Part shown: one piece after another, positions 1 through 8,117 of the stretch
Layout of the letters: every line of letters begins with the position of its first letter
Position numbering within the stretch: position 1 is the first letter of the stretch
Source: a virus
IMG/VR virus record: IMGVR_UViG_3300047160_018755
Coordinates: 118,280-182,279 of that record
Strand: one strand, 5' to 3'
Length of the DNA stretch: 64,000 nucleotides
Program-made: the position numbers and the translations under genes
Notes under the pieces: model-generated
What the model saw: only the letters and a program-made list of their open reading frames with translations
Told to the model about the DNA's origin: nothing
The model's database searches: none

Positions 1-985
1 CGCAGTGCGGGCAGGCATCTTCCGACTTCGCCATCGCTTGCTTGATGACGTCGGGCTCGTCGTCCATCGGAGGACCATCGCCCATCACTTCCTTGCCGAG
101 GAGCACGACGCCCTGGACGAGGCCGATGATGGCCGCGTACGCATCGGGAGCGTACTGCTGGAGACGCTGGATGTCGGGCAGCTGCTTGCGGATGTTCGTG
201 AGCGCGTCCGTGACCTTCTTCTTGACGGACTCGGTCTGCTTCTGACCGTCGCCCGCAGCCTGCTCGTCCTGCTTGCTGGAGTCCTCGGCCGCGTCATGGA
301 GCTGCGACTCCATGTCCTGGTTCATGTTCTCCATGTCGCCCGCGGCGTGAGTCATCTCGGGCGAGGCCGGCTTGGGATCGTCACCCAGAACATCGCCCAC
401 ATGCTTCATGTCGGTGAAGCCCGGGTCGTGCTGGACAGCGAAGCCCGCGTTGGGACCGGAGAGCTTCGCCGTGTTGTGCTCCAGGACTTTCTGCGTGTCC
501 TTGCCGCCGGCCGCCTTGTGCTCTGGCGGCTTGGGCGTGTCGGCCTTGGCGAGGTACTCGTCCGTCAGCTTCTCCTGCTCGGACTTGGGGGCGTCGACCG
601 CGCGCTGGTACTCGGCCGCCATCGCGTCTTGGTCCCACACCAAAATCTGGTTGCCGCCGCGGAGCTTTGCGACCACGAGGGCCTTGGCGGAGTCGGACAT
701 CTGCATGCCCACGCCCACGGAGACGGTGGCGCCCACCAGGTTCGAGTACTGCTTCGCGATCGAGGGCATGTCGGCCAGCTTGCTGGCGTCGACCACGATG
801 CGACCCTCGTCGCCACCCATCTCGATCACCGAGCCGCCGTTGTTCACGGCGAAGCTCTTCCACAGCTCGTTGCCGGCGTTGATGGCCTGGTCGACTCGAC
901 GAACCTCACCCACGTCGTTCGCGAGCACTGCTCGCCCGACGCGGCGGCCGATCTTGTCGCCGTCCCAGCAAACGAAAACGTCCAT
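1..985 (-). CDS. mCpol (minimal CRISPR polymerase, GGDEF-like palm) domain protein with C-terminal inner-head-like region; runs off the window edge
   Basis: Hand translation from ATG 985 is open to base 1: MDVFVCWDGDKIGRRVGRAVLAND...EMGGDEGRIVV...ATVSVGVG...AKALVVAKLRGGNQILVWD. This fits the mCpol pattern (DGDxIG, GGDE, TVSVGxG, AKxxGxN). LAKA at 542-553, MAKS at 23-34. Absent from the ORF track. Confidence 0.75.
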   Translation of the reverse strand, partial: MDVFVCWDGDKIGRRVGRAVLANDVGEVRRVDQAINAGNELWKSFAVNNGGSVIEMGGDEGRIVVDASKLADMPSIAKQYSNLVGATVSVGVGMQMSDSAKALVVAKLRGGNQILVWDQDAMAAEYQRAVDAPKSEQEKLTDEYLAKADTPKPPEHKAAGGKDTQKVLEHNTAKLSGPNAGFAVQHDPGFTDMKHVGDVLGDDPKPASPEMTHAAGDMENMNQDMESQLHDAAEDSSKQDEQAAGDGQKQTESVKKKVTDALTNIRKQLPDIQRLQQYAPDAYAAIIGLVQGVVLLGKEVMGDGPPMDDEPDVIKQAMAKSEDACPHC

Positions 986-991
986 GTCCCT

Positions 992-998
992 AAGATTA
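992..998 (-). promoter_or_regulatory. late-type promoter motif TAATCTT
   Basis: TAATCT lies exactly 7 nt before ATG 985 and overlaps the stop codon of the upstream gene. Confidence 0.6.
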
Positions 999-1382
999 CG
1001 CCCGGTAGTGCTTGCAGGCCGTATTGCTGCACTCGATGGTTCGGAAGAGAATGAAGGCGTTTCCCCCACAAACGAGGCACGTGTGCGGGTACCTGGACGA
1101 CTTCTGCTTCTGCTCTTCGTCCACCAAGATCGCAGCCACGCAGGTGTAGTGCCACGTCCCTTGACGGAAGCCCGCGGTCATGGTAAGGTGATGGGCTTGA
1201 GGATCGACAGTGTAGGTCGGCTTCCAGGCGCACTCGATGACGATCTGGGCCATGTCGTAGTAGTAGCCGACCACCCGTCCAAGCTTCTTCTCCCCGCCAG
1301 GCTCCTCCCGGAACCACACGACGTACCCCGCCATCTTGTCGGCACGGTTGCGCGCGAAGTTCTTGAAGTCGATCGACGGCAC
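996..1382 (-). CDS. hypothetical protein with C-terminal CxxC...CxxxxC zinc ribbon
   Basis: GTG at 1382, 7 nt after GAATCT; the longer ORF-track start overlaps the dNMP kinase gene antisense. Confidence 0.6.
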   Translation of the reverse strand: MPSIDFKNFARNRADKMAGYVVWFREEPGGEKKLGRVVGYYYDMAQIVIECAWKPTYTVDPQAHHLTMTAGFRQGTWHYTCVAAILVDEEQKQKSSRYPHTCLVCGGNAFILFRTIECSNTACKHYRA

Positions 1383-1400
1383 TCTTAATAGATTCCTGCT

Positions 1401-1412
1401 GATTCGATAGAA
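1401..1412 (+). promoter_or_regulatory. GATTCGATAGAA motif (phage middle-type promoter candidate)
   Basis: Exact copy, intergenic, upstream of the dNMP kinase/ligase operon. Confidence 0.7.
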
Positions 1413-1431
1413 ATGGCCCGGAGGGATTACC

Positions 1432-2205
1432 ATGGGTTCAACACCGATTTTGATCGTCAGTGGCAAGGCCGGTTCGGGCAAAGACACGGTCGCCGCGTTC
1501 ATCGCGGAGAAGTACAACGGCGTCTGCATCGCGCAGGCAGATCCGATGAAACGCCTGGCTGGAGCGCTCTTCGGGTTCACCGAGACCCAGCTCTGGGGAC
1601 CGAGCGAATGCCGGAACGCGGCCACCAAGTGCACCCCCGTCAACCCCGACGCCATGGACACCGTCCAGCTCGCTCGGGACTTCTGCGAGGAGATGGGGCT
1701 CGGCAACGGATGGGAGGCGCGCAAGCTGCTCGACTGGTACGAGGGCCAGTTCGCCGAGTACCTGAAGAACGATGTTATCGCGCCGCGGACCGTGCTCCAG
1801 ACCATGGGCACCGAATGGGGCCGCGAGATCAAGCCGTCGATGTGGATCGAGAAGGCCGTCGGAAACGCCCGCAAGCTGGTCGAGGGTGGTTTCGGCTACG
1901 CCCGCGGCGTCGGGCTGCGGCACGACAAGGACAAGTCCTTCGACTACGCCATCATCACGGACGGCCGGTTCCGGAACGAGATGCTGGCCGTGCGCTTCCT
2001 GGGCGGCGCGGCGCTGCGCGTCATCCGCCCCTCCAAGGCGGCTCAGACCGTGGGCATCGCAGGCCACCGGAGCGAGAAGGAGCTTGACACGATCCCCGAA
2101 CACTTCTACAGTGGGACCATCATGAACGACTCCACCTTCGACGAGCTGTACGAGCGCGTCATGGACGAGATGGAGTTCCACTACTTCGACACCCGCGCAC
2201 GGTAA
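1432..2205 (+). CDS. deoxynucleoside monophosphate kinase (T4 gp1-like)
   Basis: P-loop GKAGSGKDT, ADPMK, R..LQTMGTEWGR, IITDGRFRNE; GGAGG RBS. Confidence 0.85.
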   Translation: MGSTPILIVSGKAGSGKDTVAAFIAEKYNGVCIAQADPMKRLAGALFGFTETQLWGPSECRNAATKCTPVNPDAMDTVQLARDFCEEMGLGNGWEARKLLDWYEGQFAEYLKNDVIAPRTVLQTMGTEWGREIKPSMWIEKAVGNARKLVEGGFGYARGVGLRHDKDKSFDYAIITDGRFRNEMLAVRFLGGAALRVIRPSKAAQTVGIAGHRSEKELDTIPEHFYSGTIMNDSTFDELYERVMDEMEFHYFDTRAR

Positions 2206-2209
2206 ACCC

Positions 2210-3385
2210 ATGAAAAACTTCCCCACACTGTACCAGAAGACCAACGCCGGGGCGATCCAGCAATGGACCATCTCGGTCGAGGGCACGACCATCAAGACCG
2301 TGCACGGCCAGGTGGGAGGCAAGCTCCAGGAGGCCCTCGACACCATCAAGGAGGGCAAGAACATCGGGCAGTCGAACGAGACGACGCCCGAGATGCAGGC
2401 CGAGCGCGAGGCGAAGGCGAAGTGGACGAAACAGCTCAAGAAGGGCTACGTCGACACGATCGCCGCCGCTGAGGCCGGCGAGGTCGACGCCATCATCGAG
2501 GGCGGCCTCCCGCCCATGCTGTCGCCGAACAAGTCGCACCCCAAGGACGACCTGCTCGCCAAGACCGCGAAGTTCCCGGCCTACGGCCAGCCGAAGCTGG
2601 ACGGCATGCGCTGCATCGCCATCATCGAGGGCGGCAACGCCACCGTCTGGAGCCGCACGCGCAAGCGCATCCCCACGATCCCGCACATCGTCGATGCTCT
2701 CGCCAAGATGTTCCCGACCGAGCAGCGTGTTGTGCTCGACGGCGAGCTGTACAACCACCAGTACAAGGACCACTTCGAGGATCTGATGTCGATCCTACGC
2801 GGCGACGGGCCGGACCCCGAGGGCGAGTACCTCAACGCCCAGTTCCACGTCTACGACTGTCCCGAGCGCTTCGTGCGGGCGTCGCAGCACACGCAGGACG
2901 CGCCGTTCGAGCACCGCAACCGTGCCGTCAGCGCGATGCTCGGCGGCCTCGACCCCCAGTCGCCCATCAAGCGCGTCGAGACGGTCGCCGTCGAGACCAT
3001 GCAGCAGCTGCTCCTGTTCTACGAGGAGTGTCTGACCCGCGGCTACGAGGGCTCGATGTACCGCTCTCCCGAGGGCAAATACGAGGCCGACAAGCGCTCG
3101 AAGTTCCTGCTCAAGATGAAGGAGTTCATCGACCAGGAGTTCCCGATCGTCGGCGCCAACACCGGCCGCGGGAAGGACGCGGACGTGGTGACCACCTTCG
3201 ACGTGCAGCTCCCGAACGGCAAGGTCATGCCGGTGCGCTCGCCAGGGACCTACGCCAAGAAGCGCGAGTTTCTGAAGAAGCCCCAGCTGTGGCAGGGGAA
3301 GCAGCTCACCGTGAACTTCAAGCGGTGGACCGCCGACGGGATGCTCTACATCCCGACCGGGAAGGGGATCCGAGACTACGAGTAA
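2210..3385 (+). CDS. ATP-dependent DNA ligase
   Basis: Motif I QPKLDGMRC, LDGELY, FHVYD, YEGSMYR, KRSKFLLKMKE, OB-fold tail. Confidence 0.9.
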   Translation: MKNFPTLYQKTNAGAIQQWTISVEGTTIKTVHGQVGGKLQEALDTIKEGKNIGQSNETTPEMQAEREAKAKWTKQLKKGYVDTIAAAEAGEVDAIIEGGLPPMLSPNKSHPKDDLLAKTAKFPAYGQPKLDGMRCIAIIEGGNATVWSRTRKRIPTIPHIVDALAKMFPTEQRVVLDGELYNHQYKDHFEDLMSILRGDGPDPEGEYLNAQFHVYDCPERFVRASQHTQDAPFEHRNRAVSAMLGGLDPQSPIKRVETVAVETMQQLLLFYEECLTRGYEGSMYRSPEGKYEADKRSKFLLKMKEFIDQEFPIVGANTGRGKDADVVTTFDVQLPNGKVMPVRSPGTYAKKREFLKKPQLWQGKQLTVNFKRWTADGMLYIPTGKGIRDYE

Positions 3386-3399
3386 CCAAGGAGGCCTGC

Positions 3400-4113
3400 T
3401 TGAGTCCAGAGCTAATCGTTTTCGCATGCGTTCTGCGTACACTCGAAGTGGGCCCGCCAGCTGACGCACGCTGCCAGACACCGTTCATCCAGGAAGTCGT
3501 CACCGCCATCCAGAAGTACTCGCCCGAGACCAAGGTCCCCGCTCACATCGAGGCGGCCTTGATCTGGCACGAGTCGCGCTTCAAGAAGACCGCCCGCGGG
3601 ACCCGCGGCGAGGTGGGGCTCACGCAGCTACTTCGCCACGGCGCCGTGCAGGGTGCCGATCTGAAGCTCACGCGCAAGCAGCTGGAGGACGTCGACACCA
3701 ACGTCCGCATCGGCATGCAGTACTTGGGGACCTTCGTTCCCCAGTGCTCGACCGCGAGCCGCTGGCTAACCAAGTACAATCGGCCGGCGACGGGCTGCAA
3801 GTCGTCGCGCTACAGCCGGGGGATCCTCACGGATCTAGGTATGGCGCGAAGGGCAGGCCGACGATTGTTTGGGTCGTCGTTGGCAGAGGCATCGCCGGGT
3901 TCGTCACCACTTCCGTATACGTCCACGTGGCGATTAGATTGGGCGGCGCCTGACCACACTTCTCGCACGGAGGAGGATTCAGACCGTTCCACACCGCCGG
4001 ATAGCGATGAGCTGCGCCATCCAGCGGGCACACGTCAGGGAACGTCCACACCGTCGGGACCGATACCGGCCCCCACTGAAACACAGCTGGCGGCTCCTTT
4101 CCAAGAGCCCTAA
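3400..4113 (+). CDS. lytic transglycosylase (SLT/goose-lysozyme-like)
   Basis: ALIWHESRF (catalytic Glu), GEVGLTQL, NVRIGMQYL; AAGGAGG RBS before TTG 3400. The last ~95 aa overlap an antisense gene. Confidence 0.7.
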   Translation: MSPELIVFACVLRTLEVGPPADARCQTPFIQEVVTAIQKYSPETKVPAHIEAALIWHESRFKKTARGTRGEVGLTQLLRHGAVQGADLKLTRKQLEDVDTNVRIGMQYLGTFVPQCSTASRWLTKYNRPATGCKSSRYSRGILTDLGMARRAGRRLFGSSLAEASPGSSPLPYTSTWRLDWAAPDHTSRTEEDSDRSTPPDSDELRHPAGTRQGTSTPSGPIPAPTETQLAAPFQEP

Positions 4114-4189
4114 GCAGCTCCGCGATCTCGGCCGGCGTTCCTTCGATCTCGTACTCGGCGTACGAGCCCGGGTTCATCTTGAGCTTCAC
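3827..4189 (-). CDS. hypothetical protein (120 aa, Cys-containing)
   Basis: GTG start overlaps the TGA of the upstream gene (GTGA coupling); typical codon usage. Confidence 0.55.
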   Translation of the reverse strand: MKLKMNPGSYAEYEIEGTPAEIAELLRALGKEPPAVFQWGPVSVPTVWTFPDVCPLDGAAHRYPAVWNGLNPPPCEKCGQAPPNLIATWTYTEVVTNPAMPLPTTTQTIVGLPFAPYLDP

Positions 4190-4662
4190 GCGTCGCTCGT
4201 CTTCTTGGCCGGCGCGCCCTTGACGTGCGGCTCCAGCCGATCCCGCTGCGGAGGCTCCGCCGGGTTCTCGGGCATCGAGTAGGCGTCCCCGGGATGCGCC
4301 TTGAAACGAGCGATCTCGGACTTCGGGTCCTTGGCGTGCTCCAGCACCTCCGGCGGCGGCGACAGCAGGTCCTTGTGGCCGAGCTGGTGAAGCGCGAGCG
4401 CGTACATCACGCCGTGCTTCTTGGCGGCCTCGTCGTTGCCGGCGGCGTGGGAGGCCTTCATGCCGTTCCAGTGGTGGGCCGCCGCCTTGGCGATCTGATC
4501 CTTGCGGTAGTCCTCGTGAGCACGCGCCTGGGCCTCGTGACGAGGCATGCGGTGCATGTGCTCGTAGATGTCCGAGCGCATCTGGAGATCCGCCTCGTGC
4601 GTCGTGTCGGACATCGGGTACTTGCCTTGCCACATGGGCAGGCGGGAGAGTTGGAATGCCAT
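4186..4662 (-). CDS. hypothetical protein, probable inner-head protein
   Basis: Abuts the upstream stop in the late cluster; His/Ala-rich; IAKA motif. Confidence 0.6.
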   Translation of the reverse strand: MAFQLSRLPMWQGKYPMSDTTHEADLQMRSDIYEHMHRMPRHEAQARAHEDYRKDQIAKAAAHHWNGMKASHAAGNDEAAKKHGVMYALALHQLGHKDLLSPPPEVLEHAKDPKSEIARFKAHPGDAYSMPENPAEPPQRDRLEPHVKGAPAKKTSDA

Positions 4663-5655
4663 TTACTTGCGCCCCACAGCTTCTAGGAAGGTTACGACCG
4701 TCTCCCGATCCCAATCCTCACCGAGGTGAAGCTCACTGTACTCCGGATGGTCGGTGACGTCAACTGACTTGGCGAGCGCTCGGAAGCAGAGGCACCCGAC
4801 GAACTTGTGGTCCGCGTTGAACTGGCGCATCGAGCACACCGGGCACGCCCGCTCCTGCTCCGAGCGCGTGAGCTTCACGGTCGACGACGTGACGGGCTTC
4901 GCTGGCTTCGCGCCAGGCGAGGCAGCCATCTTCGGGAGCTTCTGCTGCGTGGTGGGCGCAGCTGACGTCGCCGTCGGAGCTACAGGCGCTGCGGGAGCGA
5001 CGGGACCGGCGGTCTTGCCGCTGCCCTCGCCCATCGCCTTCTTCTCCAGCTCCTGCTTCACGACCCGAAGGAGCGCCTTCGGATGCTTCAGGTGACTCTT
5101 GTGCTCAGGACAGGCGACGTAGCCGGTCTCCTTCACGTTCTTCGGATCGTAGTGGGTCGCCGGCTTGTCGCAGAAGTCACACTCGTGAGGAAGGTCCGAC
5201 GGGGGCGTCTCTCCTGATCCATCGCTGAGCTGCGCCTTGACCAGACTCTCGCCAACGAGGTGCGCCTTCGCCATCAGATCGATGGACTTGCCGAGACGCT
5301 GTAGCTCGGTATTGCGGCCGTTGCTGAACAACAGCGAGTCGAGACCCATCGCCGTCGACAACGCGCCAGCGACGTGGAAGATCGACTGCTCCTCGAACTT
5401 GTACATGTCCTCGCCGAGGGTGACATTGCCCGTGAAGCCCTTCTCCGACTTCGCGTAGCTCAGACTGCACTCGCCAAAGCCTGGGACGGTTCCGGCGTAC
5501 GCTGGAACGGCCTCCAGCATCGCGAGGATGGTGCGCGGCACGATCATCTGCGCGAGGTACTCGGAGCGACCTGCGGCTTTCGCAAGGGCGAGAGCTGCGT
5601 CAGCGCCAAGAACGCCGATCAGAAACTGTGCACGGTTGAAAGACATCTGCTTCAC
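4663..5655 (-). CDS. putative head-associated protein with two Zn-binding motifs and many xxK[AS] motifs
   Basis: LAKA, YAKS, LGKS, MAKA, LVKA, LAKS; CxxC..C..H and CPVC..CLC; exact start (TTG 5658, GTG 5655 or ATG 5646) uncertain. Confidence 0.6.
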   Translation of the reverse strand: MKQMSFNRAQFLIGVLGADAALALAKAAGRSEYLAQMIVPRTILAMLEAVPAYAGTVPGFGECSLSYAKSEKGFTGNVTLGEDMYKFEEQSIFHVAGALSTAMGLDSLLFSNGRNTELQRLGKSIDLMAKAHLVGESLVKAQLSDGSGETPPSDLPHECDFCDKPATHYDPKNVKETGYVACPEHKSHLKHPKALLRVVKQELEKKAMGEGSGKTAGPVAPAAPVAPTATSAAPTTQQKLPKMAASPGAKPAKPVTSSTVKLTRSEQERACPVCSMRQFNADHKFVGCLCFRALAKSVDVTDHPEYSELHLGEDWDRETVVTFLEAVGRK

Positions 5656-5657
5656 CA

Positions 5658-5664
5658 AAGATTA
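5658..5664 (-). promoter_or_regulatory. late-type motif TAATCTT
   Basis: Overlaps the stop of 5662-6489, directly before the next gene. Confidence 0.5.
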
Positions 5665-6489
5665 GCGCGGTCCGAAGTCGGACTGGCGCGGACCTTTCAC
5701 CTGGCGCTCGCTGTTGGGGTTCACCGCGAGATCGTCGTTGTCTTCCTTCTCGAAGACGTACTCGCGGGTCATCTGCCACTGCTGCGGGAAACGCCTCACC
5801 TCGCGACCATCGGGCGTCTCGACCTGAGCGATGCGCACCTGGTGCTGGAGATTCTTCACGTACCAGTACGGGCGGTACATGAAGCGGATGGAGTAGATCG
5901 TGCCCTTGTGAGCGACGAGATCGTAGCCGATGGACTGCTTCCACACGAGCTGACCGCCCTCGATCGTGTACTCCTCCGGACCGTGCTTCATCCCCTTCGA
6001 GTCGATGATGTCGACGACGGACACGCACGGAAAGTCGAGGCGGTCGTGCAACGTCACGTGGTGCTCCACGCGCTGCGTGTGCGGAACGAGAATCGACTCC
6101 TCCTGGAGGTAGAAGCGATCGAACGGCATCACATCAACGATGGTGTCGTTGTTGTCGTCGTACGCGTACGGCGCGGTGACGTTGACCGTGCCTCCGGCCA
6201 TGAGCCCCGTGTCGTGCTGGTCCATCTTGTTGCCAGCACTGAGCATCAGGCAGGTGACTTCACCGGCCTTGGTGTAGATGTGACCGTTGGAGCAGCCCGA
6301 GTGGTCGTGGAACGTGCGGCGCACGTCGTACCGATCTGACATGCCGACCGGACAGGGCATGCCACGCCAATGCACGAGCTTCGCTCCTTGCGAGCGAATG
6401 AGAACGTCGAAGGCATCTGCGTCCCAGTTGACTGTGGTCAACGTGGTCGTCAGATCGACGTTGCCCTCTGGTCCGCGGGGGATCGCCAT
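5662..6489 (-). CDS. neck/head-completion protein (Twort/phage K-like)
   Basis: FDVLIRSQGAKLVHWRGMPCP...GHIY, DRFYL, YRPYWYV..L, PQQWQMTRE resemble the recalled Herelleviridae neck protein. Confidence 0.6.
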   Translation of the reverse strand: MAIPRGPEGNVDLTTTLTTVNWDADAFDVLIRSQGAKLVHWRGMPCPVGMSDRYDVRRTFHDHSGCSNGHIYTKAGEVTCLMLSAGNKMDQHDTGLMAGGTVNVTAPYAYDDNNDTIVDVMPFDRFYLQEESILVPHTQRVEHHVTLHDRLDFPCVSVVDIIDSKGMKHGPEEYTIEGGQLVWKQSIGYDLVAHKGTIYSIRFMYRPYWYVKNLQHQVRIAQVETPDGREVRRFPQQWQMTREYVFEKEDNDDLAVNPNSERQVKGPRQSDFGPR

Positions 6490-6495
6490 GGTCCG

Positions 6496-6801
6496 TTACT
6501 TGCGACCCTTGTTGAAGGCGTCGGTGATGGCGTCGTACTTCGGGACGATGTTCTGGAAGGTCGAGGGATCGACCCAGTCCGACTTCGCGAGCGTGGTCAG
6601 CTTGATGCTGGGCTCGCGCTTCTTGGCGAGGTAGCGGGCGACTGCGCGGTGAGGGCCGACTCCGAGGTAGTCGATCTTCGGTCCGCGGACGGAGCAGACG
6701 ATGTGGAGGCCTCCCTTGAGGCCAAGCTCCATGACGGGGTTCCCATCGCTGGTCGAGCCGATTCGCTCTTTGTAATCGATCTCTTGGGGCTGAATCTGCA
6801 T
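6496..6801 (-). CDS. small putative head protein
   Basis: TAATCT 7 nt upstream of ATG; LAKS motif. Confidence 0.6.
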   Translation of the reverse strand: MQIQPQEIDYKERIGSTSDGNPVMELGLKGGLHIVCSVRGPKIDYLGVGPHRAVARYLAKKREPSIKLTTLAKSDWVDPSTFQNIVPKYDAITDAFNKGRK

Positions 6802-6807
6802 ACCCTA

Positions 6808-6814
6808 AAGATTA
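6808..6814 (-). promoter_or_regulatory. late-type motif TAATCTT within the palindrome CCCTAA-TCT-TTAGGG
   Basis: Hexamer 7 nt before ATG 6801; back-to-back with a sigma70 promoter. Confidence 0.6.
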
Positions 6815-6819
6815 GGGGC

Positions 6820-6848
6820 TTGACAAGGAATTTTGATCGTGGTACCTT
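6820..6848 (+). promoter_or_regulatory. host sigma70-type promoter TTGACA-N17-TACCTT (extended TG), leaderless
   Basis: Perfect -35, 17 nt spacer, TGn-TAnnnT; ATG 6856 lies 7 nt downstream with no SD. Confidence 0.75.
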
Positions 6849-6855
6849 CTTGACC

Positions 6856-7302
6856 ATGGGAACAAACTGGACGTTCGACGACGGCGGTCGCAAGGCCGCG
6901 GGGTTCAAAGGATCAACGGGCGACTGCGTCTACCGCGCCATCGCCATCGCCACGGGCACGCCGTACGATCAGGTGTGCGCCATGGTCGCCAACGCGGCGT
7001 TCTACGAACGCCCGGGAGCCAAGCGGCGCAAGGGCCGGCGCTCCAACCAGAAGAACGGGGTCTTCAAGGCCACCATCGATCGCATCATGCGCGACAACTT
7101 CCCCCAGTGGAAGTGGACGCCCACCATGAGCATCGGGAGCGGCTGCAAGGTCCACGTCCGGGCGGACGAGCTTCCGAAGGGCAAGATCATCCTCTCGCTG
7201 TCCAAGCACCTGGCGGCGATGATCGACGGCGTGGTGCACGACACTCACGACCCGAGCCGTGGCGGCACCCGCTGTGTCTACGGGTACTGGAGCCTGGCAT
7301 GA
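6856..7302 (+). CDS. conserved phage hypothetical protein (GDCVxRAIAIATG; Cys/His/Asp, peptidase-like)
   Basis: GDCVYRAIAIATG ... HLAAMIDGVVHDT ... VYGYW. Confidence 0.65.
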   Translation: MGTNWTFDDGGRKAAGFKGSTGDCVYRAIAIATGTPYDQVCAMVANAAFYERPGAKRRKGRRSNQKNGVFKATIDRIMRDNFPQWKWTPTMSIGSGCKVHVRADELPKGKIILSLSKHLAAMIDGVVHDTHDPSRGGTRCVYGYWSLA

Positions 7303-7475
7303 GCGACCTCTGGGAAGAGCTGGTCTTCAAGCTCAACAAGCGCATCTTCCAGCTGGAGGCGGAGAACAAGCGCCTTCGCGAGGAGCACGGCAAGGCCATC
7401 GGCCTGGCTGCCTCGCTGGCCGAGACCAGCGATCGCATGAAGCTCCAGCTCATCCTCGCGGGGCGCCTCAAGTGA
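7299..7475 (+). CDS. small coiled-coil protein
   Basis: ATGA overlap with the upstream gene; heptad pattern. Confidence 0.6.
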   Translation: MSDLWEELVFKLNKRIFQLEAENKRLREEHGKAIGLAASLAETSDRMKLQLILAGRLK

Positions 7476-7765
7476 CCTTCGCCGAGGAGGCCGAGCGAGC
7501 CGGCCGCGACCTACTCAAAGAGCCGCTGCCACCCGCCGACCCGGTCCGGAAAACCATCCGCTTCCGGGCTCGGGTTCCCGCTCGCCTGGGCAAGGGCGGC
7601 CGGCCGCGTGACGCCATCGTCACGATCGACAAGGCCCTCACGCTGCACATCCGCCCGTTCCGGGGCCGAAAAGACTACTCGATGTCGCTGGAACAAGCCG
7701 TTGGCTGGCTCATCCAGAAACTCGTCGTCGGCGACAAAGGTCGCCCACGCAAGCGCCGCCTTTAG
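7472..7765 (+). CDS. basic hypothetical protein
   Basis: GTGA overlap; Arg/Lys-rich. Confidence 0.55.
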   Translation: MTFAEEAERAGRDLLKEPLPPADPVRKTIRFRARVPARLGKGGRPRDAIVTIDKALTLHIRPFRGRKDYSMSLEQAVGWLIQKLVVGDKGRPRKRRL

Positions 7766-8091
7766 CGCGTCCGGGTGATCTTGCACGCGCCATCGCTCGG
7801 GACGATCAGGAGGTCCTGGGCGGTGCGCGCCGGCACGTCGACGCTGTAGTAGTTGTTCTCGCAGTCGACCGCGAAGGTCACCGAGGTGAGCTTCGGGTTC
7901 TTGAACGTGAGGACGTGATTGGTCACCCAGTACGGGCGGCGAGGATCGGCCACCGTGTTCCAGTGCGTGTAGCGCACGTCGGTCACGACGGGGTTGACCT
8001 CATCGCCCGTGTAGGGGCGCGAGGTGGCGCAGCCCGCCCACAGAGTGAGCAGGGCAACGAATGCAACAGTGAGAAACGCTTTGAGCTTCAT
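7762..8091 (-). CDS. putative lipoprotein
   Basis: MKLK + hydrophobic stretch + lipobox-like LWAGC; GGAGG RBS. Confidence 0.6.
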   Translation of the reverse strand: MKLKAFLTVAFVALLTLWAGCATSRPYTGDEVNPVVTDVRYTHWNTVADPRRPYWVTNHVLTFKNPKLTSVTFAVDCENNYYSVDVPARTAQDLLIVPSDGACKITRTR

Positions 8092-8110
8092 GTGGTATCC
8101 CTCCGACCCT

Positions 8111-8117
8111 AAGATTA
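8111..8117 (-). promoter_or_regulatory. late-type motif TAATCTT
   Basis: Overlaps the stop of 8115-11282, upstream of the lipoprotein gene. Confidence 0.5.

Noticed and set aside
1401-1405. GATTC as a GANTC (CcrM) methylation signal explaining the motif
   Set aside because: Conservation extends 7 nt further and copies are strand-oriented with genes, unlike a palindromic methylation site; no methylase in the window
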